A DNA stretch of 64,000 nucleotides, from contig OZ059897.1 in the NCBI GenBank assembly GCA_964057225.1, forward strand, positions 18,910,001 to 18,974,000, written 5' to 3'. The DNA is from Auanema rhodensis (taxonomy: Eukaryota; Animalia; Nematoda). Every line of letters starts with the position of its first letter. Position 1 is the stretch's first letter. A program made the translations under genes and the position numbers. Positions 51,601 through 64,000 of this stretch are shown piece after piece. The notes below the pieces were generated by a model. It searched no databases. It saw only the letters and a program-made list of their open reading frames with translations, and was not told the origin of the DNA.

Positions 51601-54600
51601 TGCTTCCAAAAACATTTTGACAAAAATTTTTTCGAAAAATTTCAAAATAATTTAGCAAAAAGTAGATGTTTTAAGATTCCATTTTTCAAGGCAAAGACGA
51701 TGGACAATGTTATTCAACGAAAAAATTAATTCTTCAGGGTGAAAATCGAGGATATAAGTGTGAACTTATATCAGTTGATATCTCGGTGCATTTTTAAGCT
51801 AGCGCAAATCTGATAACACAGATCGACGCAGCTTAAAAATCCGCATCGAATGCACTATACTACATTGAAAAACGCTCAATACAAAAATTAGTTATGATCG
51901 TTTGAAAAATGATGCATTAGTGTATGTTGAGTTTCCATGTACACTCAACATTGCTTCCAAAAACATTTTGACAAAAATTTTTTCGAAAAATTTCAAAATA
52001 ATTTAGCAAAAAGTAGATGTTTTTAGATTCCATTTTTCAAGGCAAAGACGATGGACAATGTTATTCAACGAAAAAATTAATTCTTCAGGGTGAAAATCGA
52101 GGATATAAGTGTGAACTTATATCAGTTGATATCTCGGTGCATTTTTAAGCTAGCGCAAATCTGATAACACAGATCGACGCAGCTTAAAAATCCGCATCGA
52201 ATGCACTATACTACATTAAGAAACACTTGATACAAAAATTAGTTATGATCGTTTGAAAAATGATGCATTAGTGTATGTTGAGTTTCCATGTACACTCAAC
52301 ATTGCTTCCAAAAACATTTTGACAAAAATTTTTTCGAAAAATTTCAAAATAATTTAGCAAAAAGTAGATGTTTTTAGATTCCTTTTTTCAAGGCAAAGAC
52401 GATGGACAATGTTATTCAACGAAAAAATTATTTCTTCAGGGTGAAAATCGAGGATATAAGTGTGAACTTATATCAGTTGATATCTCGGTGCATTTTTAAG
52501 CTAGCGCAAATCTGATAACACAGATCGACGCAGCTTAAAAATCCGGATCGAATGCACTATACTACATTAAGAAACACTTGATACAAAAATTAGTTATGAT
52601 CGTTTGAAAAATGATGCATTAGTGTATGTTGAGTTTCCATGTACACTCAACATTGCTTCCAAAAACATTTTGACAAAAATTTTTTCGAAAAATTTCAAAA
52701 TAATTTAGCAAAAAGTAGATGTTTTTAGATTCCATTTTTCAAGGCAAAGACGATGGACAATGTTATTCAACGAAAAAATTAATTCTTCAGGGTGAAAATC
52801 GAGGATATAAGTGTGAACTTATATCAGTTGATATCTCGGTGCATTTTTAAGCTAGCGCAAATCTGATAACACAGATCGACGCAGCTTAAAAATCCGCATC
52901 GAATGCACTATACTACATTAAGAAACACTTGATACAAAAATTAGTTATGATCGTTTGAAAAATGATGCATTAGTGTATGTTGAGTTTCCATGTACACTCA
53001 ACATTGCTTCCAAAAACATTTTGACAAAAATTTTTTCGAAAAATTTCAAAATAATTTAGCAAAAAGTAGATGTTTTTAGATTCCATTTTTCAAGGCAAAG
53101 ACGATGGACAATGTTATTCAACGAAAAAATTAATTCTTCAGGGTGAAAATCGAGGATATAAGTGTGAACTTATATCAGTTGATATCTCGGTGCATTTTTA
53201 AGCTAGCGCAAATCTGATAACACAGATCGACGCAGCTTAAAAATCCGCATCGAATGCACTATATTACATTGAGAAACGCTTAATACAAAAATTAGTTATG
53301 ATCGTTTGAAAAATGATGCATTAGTGTATGTTGAGTTTCCATGTACACTCAACATTGCTTCCAAAAACATTTTGACAAAAATTTTTTCGAAAAAATTTCA
53401 AAATAATTTAGCAAAAAGTAGATGTTTTTAGATTCCATTTTTCAAGGCAAAGACGATGGACAATGTTATTCAACGAAAAAATTAATTCTTCAGGGTGAAA
53501 ATCGAGGATATAAGTGTGAACTTATATCAGTTGATATCTCGGTGCATTTTTAAGCTAGCGCAAATCTGATAACACAGATCGACGCAGCTTAAAAATCCGG
53601 ATCGAATGCACTATACTACATTGAGAAACGCTTAATACAAAAATTAGTTATGATCGTTTGAAAAATGATGCATTAGTGTATGTTGAGTTTCCATGTACAC
53701 TCAACATTGCTTCCAAAAACATTTTGACAAAAATTTTTTCGAAAAATTTCAAAATAATTTAGCAAAAAGTAGATGTTTTAAGATTCCATTTTTCAAGGCA
53801 AAGACGATGGACAATGTTATTCAACGAAAAAATTAATTCTTCAGGGTGAAAATCGAGGATATAAGTGTGAACTTATATCAGTTGATATCTCGGTGCATTT
53901 TAAAGCTAGCGCAAATCTGATAACACAGATCGACGCAGCTTAAAAATCCGCATCGAATGCACTATACTACATTGAGAAACGCTTAATACAAAAATTAGTT
54001 ATGATCGTTTGAAAAATGATGCATTAGTGTATGTTGAGTTTCCATGTACACTCAACATTGCTTCCAAAAACATTTTGACAAAAATTTTTTCGAAAAATTT
54101 CAAAATAATTTAGCAAAAAGTAGATGTTTTTAGATTCCATTTTTCAAGGCAAAGACGATGGACAATGTTATTCAACGAAAAAATTAATTCTTCAGGGTGA
54201 AAATCGAGGATATAAGTGTGAACTTATATCAGTTGATATCTCGGTGCATTTTTAAGCTAGCGCAAATCTGATAACACAGATCGACGCAGCTTAAAAATCC
54301 GCATCGAATGCACTATACTACATTAAGAAACACTTGATACAAAAATTAGTTATGATCGTTTGAAAAATGATGCATTAGTGTATGTTGAGTTTCCATGTAC
54401 ACTCAACATTGCTTCCAAAAACATTTTGACAAAAATTTTTTCGAAAAATTTCAAAATAATTTAGCAAAAAGTAGATGTTTTTAGATTCCTTTTTTCAAGG
54501 CAAAGACGATGGACAATGTTATTCAACGAAAAAATTATTTCTTCAGGGTGAAAATCGAGGATATAAGTGTGAACTTATATCAGTTGATATCTCGGTGCAT

Positions 54601-57600
54601 TTTTAAGCTAGCGCAAATCTGATAACACAGATCGACGCAGCTTAAAAATCCGCATCGAATGCACTATACTACATTAAGAAACACTTGATACAAAAATTAG
54701 TTATGATCGTTTGAAAAATGATGCATTAGTGTATGTTGAGTTTCCATGTACACTCAACATTGCTTCCAAAAACATTTTGACAAAAATTTTTTCGAAAAAT
54801 TTCAAAATAATTCAGCAAAAAGTAGATGTTTTTAGATTCCATTTTTCAAGGCAAAGACGATGGACAATGTTATTCAACGAAAAAATTAATTCTTCAGGGT
54901 GAAAATCGAGGATATAAGTGTGAACTTATATCAGTTGATATCTCGGTGCATTTTTAAGCTAGCGCAAATCTGATAACACAGATCGACGCAGCTTAAAAAT
55001 CCGCATCGAATGCACTATACTACATTGAGAAACGCTTAATACAAAAATTAGTTATGATCGTTTGAAAAATGATGCATTAGTGTATGTTGAGTTTCCATGT
55101 ACACTCAACATTGCTTCCAAAAACATTTTGACAAAAATTTTTTCGAAAAATTTCAAAATAATTTAGCAAAAAGTAGATGTTTTAAGATTCCATTTTTCAA
55201 GGCAAAGACGATGGACAATGTTATTCAACGAAAAAATTAATTCTTCAGGGTGAAAATCGAGGATATAAGTGTGAACTTATATCAGTTGATATCTCGGTGC
55301 ATTTTTAAGCTAGCGCAAATCTGATAACACAGATCGACGCAGCTTAAAAATCCGCATCGAATGCACTATACTACATTGAAAAACGCTCAATACAAAAATT
55401 AGTTATGATCGTTTGAAAAATGATGCATTAGTGTATGTTGAGTTTCCATGTACACTCAACATTGCTTCCAAAAACATTTTGACAAAAATTTTTTCGAAAA
55501 ATTTCAAAATAATTTAGCAAAAAGTAGATGTTTTTAGATTCCATTTTTCAAGGCAAAGACGATGGACAATGTTATTCAACGAAAAAATTAATTCTTCAGG
55601 GTGAAAATCGAGGATATAAGTGTGAACTTATATCAGTTGATATCTCGGTGCATTTTTAAGCTAGCGCAAATCTGATAACACAGATCGACGCAGCTCAAAA
55701 ATCCGCATCGAATGCACTATACTACATTGAAAAACGCTCAATACAAAAATTAGTTATGATCGTTTGAAAAATGATGCATTAGTGTATGTTGAGTTTCCAT
55801 TTACACTCAACATTGCTTCCAAAAACATTTTGACAAAAATTTTTTCGAAAAATTTCAAAATAATTTAGCAAAAAGTAGATGTTTTTAGATTCCATTTTTC
55901 AAGGCAAAGACGATGGACAATGTTATTCAACGAAAAAATTAATTCTTCAGGGTGAAAATCGAGGATATAAGTGTGAACTTATATCAGTTGATATCTCGGT
56001 GCATTTTTAAGCTAGCGCAAATCTGATAACACAGATCGACGCAGCTTAAAAATCCGCATCGAATGCACTATACTACATTGAGAAACGCTTAATACAAAAA
56101 TTAGTTATGATCGTTTGAAAAATGATGCATTAGTGTATGTTGAGTTTCCATGTACACTCAACATTGCTTCCAAAAACATTTTGACAAAAATTTTTTCGAA
56201 AAATTTCAAAATAATTTAGCAAAAAGTAGATGTTTTAAGATTCCATTTTTCAAGGCAAAGACGATGGACAATGTTATTCAACGAAAAAATTAATTCTTCA
56301 GGGTGAAAATCGAGGATATAAGTGTGAACTTATATCAGTTGATATCTCGGTGCATTTAAAAGCTAGCGCAAATCTGATAACACAGATCGACGCAGCTTAA
56401 AAATCCGCATCGAATGCACTATACTACATTGAGAAACGCTTAATACAAAAATTAGTTATGATCGTTTGAAAAATGATGCATTAGTGTATGTTGAGTTTCC
56501 ATGTACACTCAACATTGCTTCCAAAAACATTTTGACAAAAATTTTTTCGAAAAATTTCAAAATAATTTAGCGAAAAGTAGATGTTTTTAGATTCCATTTT
56601 TCAAGGCAAAGACGATGGACAATGTTATTCAACGAAAAAATTAATTCTTCAGGGTAAAAATCGAGGATATAAGTGTGAACTTATATCAGTTGATATCTCG
56701 GTGCATTTTTAAGCTAGCGCAAATCTGATAACACAGATCGACGCAGCTTAAAAATCCGCATCGAATGCACTATACTACATTAAGAAACACTTGATACAAA
56801 AATTAGTTATGATCGTTTGAAAAATGATGCATTAGTGTATGTTGAGTTTCCATGTACACTCAACATTGCTTCCAAAAACATTTTGACAAAAATTTTTTCG
56901 AAAAATTTCAAAATAATTTAGCAAAAAGTAGATGTTTTTAGATTCCTTTTTTCAAGGCAAAGACGATGGACAATGTTATTCAACGAAAAAATTATTTCTT
57001 CAGGGTGAAAATCAAGGATATAAGTGTGAACTTATATCAGTTGATATCTCGGTGCATTTTTAAGCTAGCGCAAATCTGATAACACAGATCGACGCAGCTT
57101 AAAAATCCGCATCGAATGCACTATACTACATTAAGAAACACTTGATACAAAAATTAGTTATGATCGTTTGAAAAATGATGCATTAGTGTATGTTGAGTTT
57201 CCATGTACACTCAACATTGCTTCCAAAAACATTTTGACAAAAATTTTTTCGAAAAATTTCAAAATAATTTAGCAAAAAGTAGATGTTTTAAGATTCCATT
57301 TTTCAAGGCAAAGACGATGGACAATGTTATTCAACGAAAAAATTAATTCTTCAGGGTGAAAATCGAGGATATAAGTGTGAACTTATATCAGTTGATATCT
57401 CGGTGCATTTTTAAGCTAGCGCAAATCTGATAACACAGATCGACGCAGCTTAAAAATCCGCATCGAATGCACTATACTACATTGAGAAACGCTTAATACA
57501 AAAATTAGTTATGATCGTTTGAAAAATGATGCATTAGTGTATGTTGAGTTTCCATGTACACTCAACATTGCTTCCAAAAACATTTTGACAAAAATTTTTT

Positions 57601-60600
57601 CGAAAAATTTCAAAATAATTTAGCAAAAAGTAGATGTTTTAAGATTCCATTTTTCAAGGCAAAGACGATGGACAATGTTATTCAACGAAAAAATTAATTC
57701 TTCAGGGTGAAAATCGAGGATATAAGTGTGAACTTATATCAGTTGATATCTCGGTGCATTTAAAAGCTAGCGCAAATCTGATAACACAGATCGACGCAGC
57801 TTAAAAATCCGCATCGAATGCACTATACTACATTGAGAAACGCTTAATACAAAAATTAGTTATGATCGTTTGAAAAATGATGCATTAGTGTATGTTGAGT
57901 TTCCATGTACACTCAACATTGCTTCCAAAAACATTTTGACAAAAATTTTTTCGAAAAATTTCAAAATAATTTAGCGAAAAGTAGATGTTTTTAGATTCCA
58001 TTTTTCAAGGCAAAGACGATGGACAATGTTATTCAACGAAAAAATTAATTCTTCAGGGTAAAAATCGAGGATATAAGTGTGAACTTATATCAGTTGATAT
58101 CTCGGTGCATTTTTAAGCTAGCGCAAATCTGATAACACAGATCGACGCAGCTTAAAAATCCGCATCGAATGCACTATACTACATTAAGAAACACTTGATA
58201 CAAAAATTAGTTATGATCGTTTGAAAAATGATGCATTAGTGTATGTTGAGTTTCCATGTACACTCAACATTGCTTCCAAAAACATTTTGACAAAAATTTT
58301 TTCGAAAAATTTCAAAATAATTTAGCAAAAAGTAGATGTTTTTAGATTCCTTTTTTCAAGGCAAAGACGATGGACAATGTTATTCAACGAAAAAATTATT
58401 TCTTCAGGGTGAAAATCGAGGATATAAGTGTGAACTTATATCAGTTGATATCTCGGTGCATTTTTAAGCTAGCGCAAATCTGATAACACAGATCGACGCA
58501 GCTTAAAAATCCGCATCGAATGCACTATACTACATTAAGAAACACTTGATACAAAAATTAGTTATGATCGTTTGAAAAATGATGCATTAGTGTATGTTGA
58601 GTTTCCATGTACACTCAACATTGCTTCCAAAAACATTTTGACAAAAATTTTTTCGAAAAATTTCAAAATAATTCAGCAAAAAGTAGATGTTTTTAGATTC
58701 CATTTTTCAAGGCAAAGACGATGGACAATGTTATTCAACGAAAAAATTAATTCTTCAGGGTGAAAATCGAGGATATAAGTGTGAACTTATATCAGTTGAT
58801 ATCTCGGTGCATTTTTAAGCTAGCGCAAATCTGATAACACAGATCGACGCAGCTTAAAAATCCGCATCGAATGCACTATACTACATTGAGAAACGCTTAA
58901 TACAAAAATTAGTTATGATCGTTTGAAAAATGATGCATTAGTGTATGTTGAGTTTCCATGTACACTCAACATTGCTTCCAAAAACATTTTGACAAAAATT
59001 TTTTCGAAAAATTTCAAAATAATTTAGCAAAAAGTAGATGTTTTAAGATTCCATTTTTCAAGGCAAAGACGATGGACAATGTTATTCAACGAAAAAATTA
59101 ATTCTTCAGGGTGAAAATCGAGGATATAAGTGTGAACTTATATCAGTTGATATCTCGGTGCATTTTTAAGCTAGCGCAAATCTGATAACACAGATCGACG
59201 CAGCTTAAAAATCCGCATCGAATGCACTATACTACATTGAAAAACGCTCAATACAAAAATTAGTTATGATCGTTTGAAAAATGATGCATTAGTGTATGTT
59301 GAGTTTCCATGTACACTCAACATTGCTTCCAAAAACATTTTGACAAAAATTTTTTCGAAAAATTTCAAAATAATTTAGCAAAAAGTAGATGTTTTTAGAT
59401 TCCATTTTTCAAGGCAAAGACGATGGACAATGTTATTCAACGAAAAAATTAATTCTTCAGGGTGAAAATCGAGGATATAAGTGTGAACTTATATCAGTTG
59501 ATATCTCGGTGCATTTTTAAGCTAGCGCAAATCTGATAACACAGATCGACGCAGCTCAAAAATCCGCATCGAATGCACTATACTACATTGAAAAACGCTC
59601 AATACAAAAATTAGTTATGATCGTTTGAAAAATGATGCATTAGTGTATGTTGAGTTTCCATTTACACTCAACATTGCTTCCAAAAACATTTTGACAAAAA
59701 TTTTTTCGAAAAATTTCAAAATAATTTAGCAAAAAGTAGATGTTTTTAGATTCCATTTTTCAAGGCAAAGACGATGGACAATGTTATTCAACGAAAAAAT
59801 TAATTCTTCAGGGTGAAAATCGAGGATATAAGTGTGAACTTATATCAGTTGATATCTCGGTGCATTTTTAAGCTAGCGCAAATCTGATAACACAGATCGA
59901 CGCAGCTTAAAAATCCGCATCGAATGCACTATACTACATTGAGAAACGCTTAATACAAAAATTAGTTATGATCGTTTGAAAAATGATGCATTAGTGTATG
60001 TTGAGTTTCCATGTACACTCAACATTGCTTCCAAAAACATTTTGACAAAAATTTTTTCGAAAAATTTCAAAATAATTTAGCAAAAAGTAGATGTTTTAAG
60101 ATTCCATTTTTCAAGGCAAAGACGATGGACAATGTTATTCAACGAAAAAATTAATTCTTCAGGGTGAAAATCGAGGATATAAGTGTGAACTTATATCAGT
60201 TGATATCTCGGTGCATTTAAAAGCTAGCGCAAATCTGATAACACAGATCGACGCAGCTTAAAAATCCGCATCGAATGCACTATACTACATTGAGAAACGC
60301 TTAATACAAAAATTAGTTATGATCGTTTGAAAAATGATGCATTAGTGTATGTTGAGTTTCCATGTACACTCAACATTGCTTCCAAAAACATTTTGACAAA
60401 AATTTTTTCGAAAAATTTCAAAATAATTTAGCGAAAAGTAGATGTTTTTAGATTCCATTTTTCAAGGCAAAGACGATGGACAATGTTATTCAACGAAAAA
60501 ATTAATTCTTCAGGGTAAAAATCGAGGATATAAGTGTGAACTTATATCAGTTGATATCTCGGTGCATTTTTAAGCTAGCGCAAATCTGATAACACAGATC

Positions 60601-63600
60601 GACGCAGCTTAAAAATCCGCATCGAATGCACTATACTACATTGAGAAACGCTTAATACAAAAATTAGTTATGATCGTTTGAAAAATGATGCATTAGTGTA
60701 TGTTGAGTTTCCATGTACACTCAACATTGCTTCCAAAAACATTTTGACAAAAATTTTTTCGAAAAATTTCAAAATAATTTAGCAAAAAGTAGATGTTTTT
60801 AGATTCCATTTTTCAAGGCAAAGACGATGGACAATGTTATTCAACGAAAAAATTAATTCTTCAGGGTGAAAATCGAGGATATAAGTGTGAACTTATATCA
60901 GTTGATATCTCGGTGCATTTTTAAGCTAGCGCAAATCTGATAACACAGATCGACGCAGCTTAAAAATCCGCATCGAATGCACTATACTACATTGAAAAAC
61001 GCTCAATACAAAAATTAGTTATGATCGTTTGAAAAATGATGCATTAGTGTATGTTGAGTTTCCATGTACACTCAACATTGCTTCCAAAAACATTTTGACA
61101 AAAATTTTTTCGAAAAATTTCAAAATAATTTAGCAAAAAGTAGATGTTTTTAGATTCCATTTTTCAAGGCAAAGACGATGGACAATGTTATTCAACGAAA
61201 AAATTAATTCTTCAGGGTGAAAATCGAGGATATAAGTGTGAACTTATATCAGTTGATATCTCGGTGCATTTTTAAGCTAGCGCAAATCTGATAACACAGA
61301 TCGACGCAGCTTAAAAATCCGCATCGAATGCACTATACTACATTAAGAAACGCTTAATACAAGAATTAGTTATGATCGTTTGAAAAATGATGCATTAGTG
61401 TATGTTGAGTTTCCATGTACACTCAACATTGCTTCCAAAAACATTTTGACAAAAATTTTTTCGAAAAATTTCAAAATAATTTAGCAAAAAGTAAATGTTT
61501 TTAGATTCCATTTTTCAAGGCAAAGACGATGGACAATGTTATTCAACGAAGAAATTAATTCTTCAGGGTGAAAATCGAGGATATAAGTGTGAACTTATAT
61601 CAGTTGATATCTCGGTGCATTTTTAAGCTAGCGCAAATCTGATAACACAGATCGACGCAGCTTAAAAATCCGCATCGAATGCACTATACTACATTGAGAA
61701 ACGCGTGATACAAAAATTAGTTATGATCGTTTGAAAAATGATGCATTAGTGTATGTTGAGTTTCCATGTACACTCAACATTGCTTCCAAAAACATTTTGA
61801 CAAAAATTTTTTCGAAAAATTTCAAAATAATTTAGCAAAAAGTAGATGTTTTTAGATTCCATTTTTCAAGGCAAAGACGATGGACAATGTTATTCAACGA
61901 AAAAATTAATTCTTCAGGGTGAAAATCGAGGATATAAGTGTGAACTTATATCAGTTGATATCTCGGTGCATTTTTAAGCTAGCGCAAATCTGATAACACA
62001 GATCGACGCAGCTTAAAAATCCGCATCGAATGCACTATACTACATTGAAAAACGCTCAATACAAAAATTAGTTATGATCGTTTGAAAAATGATGCATTAG
62101 TGTATGTTGAGTTTCCATGTACACTCAACATTGCTTCCAAAAACATTTTGACAAAAATTTTTTCGAAAAATTTCAAAATAATTTAGCAAAAAGTAGATGT
62201 TTTTAGATTCCATTTTTCAAGGCAAAGACGATGGACAATGTTATTCAACGAAAAAATTAATTCTTCAGGGTGAAAATCGAGGATATAAGTGTGAACTTAT
62301 ATCAGTTGATATCTCGGTGCATTTTTAAGCTAGCGCAAATCTGATAACACAGATCGACGCAGCTTAAAAATCCGCATCGAATGCACTATACTACATTAAG
62401 AAACGCTTAATACAAGAATTAGTTATGATCGTTTGAAAAATGATGCATTAGTGTATGTTGAGTTTCCATGTACACTCAACATTGCTTCCAAAAACATTTT
62501 GACAAAAATTTTTTCGAAAAATTTCAAAATAATTTAGCAAAAAGTAAATGTTTTTAGATTCCATTTTTCAAGGCAAAGACGATGGACAATGTTATTCAAC
62601 GAAGAAATTAATTCTTCAGGGTGAAAATCGAGGATATAAGTGTGAACTTATATCAGTTGATATCTCGGTGCATTTTTAAGCTAGCGCAAATCTGATAACA
62701 CAGATCGACGCAGCTTAAAAATCCGCATCGAATGCACTATACTACATTAAGAAACGCGTGATACAAAAATTAGTTATGATCGTTTGAAAAATGATGCATT
62801 AGTGTATGTTGAGTTTCCATGTACACTCAACATTGCTTCCAAAAACATTTTGACAAAAATTTTTTCGAAAAATTTCGAAATAATTTAGCAAAAAGTAGAT
62901 GTTTTTAGATTCCTTTTTTCAAGGCAAAGACGATGGACAATGTTATTCAACGAAAAAATTATTTCTTCAGGGTGAAAATCGAGGATATAAGTGTGAACTT
63001 ATATCAGTTGATATCTCGGTGCATTTTTAAGCTAGCGCAAATCTGATAACACAGATCGACGCAGCTTAAAAATCCGCATCGAATGCACTATACTACATTG
63101 AGAAACGCTTAATACAAAAATTAGTTATGATCGTTTGAAAAATGATGCATTAGTGTATGTTGAGTTTCCATGTACACTCAACATTGCTTCCAAAAACATT
63201 TTGACAAAAATTTTTTCGAAAAATTTCAAAATAATTTAGCGAAAAGTAGATGTTTTTAGATTCCATTTTTCAAGGCAAAGACGATGGACAATGTTATTCA
63301 ACGAAAAAATTAATTCTTCAGGGTAAAAATCGAGGATATAAGTGTGAACTTATATCAGTTGATATCTCGGTGCATTTTTAAGCTAGCGCAAATCTGATAA
63401 CACAGATCGACGCAGCTTAAAAATCCGCATCGAATGCACTATACTACATTGAGAAACGCTTAATACAAAAATTAGTTATGATCGTTTGAAAAATGATGCA
63501 TTAGTGTATGTTGAGTTTCCATGTACACTCAACATTGCTTCCAAAAACATTTTGACAAAAATTTTTTCGAAAAATTTCAAAATAATTTAGCAAAAAGTAG

Positions 63601-64000
63601 ATGTTTTTAGATTCCATTTTTCAAGGCAAAGACGATGGACAATGTTATTCAACGAAAAAATTAATTCTTCAGGGTGAAAATCGAGGATATAAGTGTGAAC
63701 TTATATCAGTTGATATCTCGGTGCATTTTTAAGCTAGCGCAAATCTGATAACACAGATCGACGCAGCTTAAAAATCCGCATCGAATGCACTATACTACAT
63801 TGAAAAACGCTCAATACAAAAATTAGTTATGATCGTTTGAAAAATGATGCATTAGTGTATGTTGAGTTTCCATGTACACTCAACATTGCTTCCAAAAACA
63901 TTTTGACAAAAATTTTTTCGAAAAATTTCAAAATAATTTAGCAAAAAGTAGATGTTTTTAGATTCCATTTTTCAAGGCAAAGACGATGGACAATGTTATT
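21632..64000. repeat. Tandem satellite array, 351-bp monomer (occasional 350/352-bp variants), right block (~120 copies)
   Basis: The same monomer resumes in register after the element (next monomer start 21709 = 14041 + 7668 inserted bp) and runs off the window end. +1 A variants (e.g. ~23200, ~25657) and -1 T variants (~25204, ~26257, ~27661) occur. Confidence 0.99.

Noticed and set aside
30484-58763. Eight identical 63-aa ORFs (MKNDALVYVEF...)
   Set aside because: They start at TTG and exist only because one satellite SNP (TAG to CAG) removes a stop in some monomers. They have no recognisable domain and are HOR markers, not genes.
1-64000. CRISPR array or integron-like cassette array
   Set aside because: Units are near-identical over their full 351 bp, with no unique spacers or cassettes and no cas or intI genes. 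The context is eukaryotic.

Overview
Eukaryotic, probably nematode, satellite DNA with no host genes. Almost the whole window is a head-to-tail tandem array of one AT-rich 351-bp monomer (about 31% GC by hand count, about 160 copies). Copies differ at only a handful of sites and form nested higher-order repeats of 3, 5, 8 and 11 monomers. The array is interrupted once (13968-21631, minus strand) by an apparently intact, very young Ty3/gypsy (Metaviridae) LTR retrotransposon. It has two 351-bp LTRs that read as identical, a 4-bp target-site duplication (CGCA), a tRNA-Pro primer-binding site and a polypurine tract. Its single 2109-aa ORF encodes Gag/CCHC, protease, a dUTPase-like spacer, RT, RNase H, integrase/GPY and a ~400-aa uncharacterised C-terminal extension. 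The main points of interest are four. The LTR is the same length as the satellite monomer. The integrase carries a long non-chromodomain, non-env tail that could be a satellite-targeting module. The LTR termini are non-canonical (TG...CT). The insertion falls in the stem of the longest of several hairpins in the monomer. All comparisons were made by eye, without alignments or database searches.
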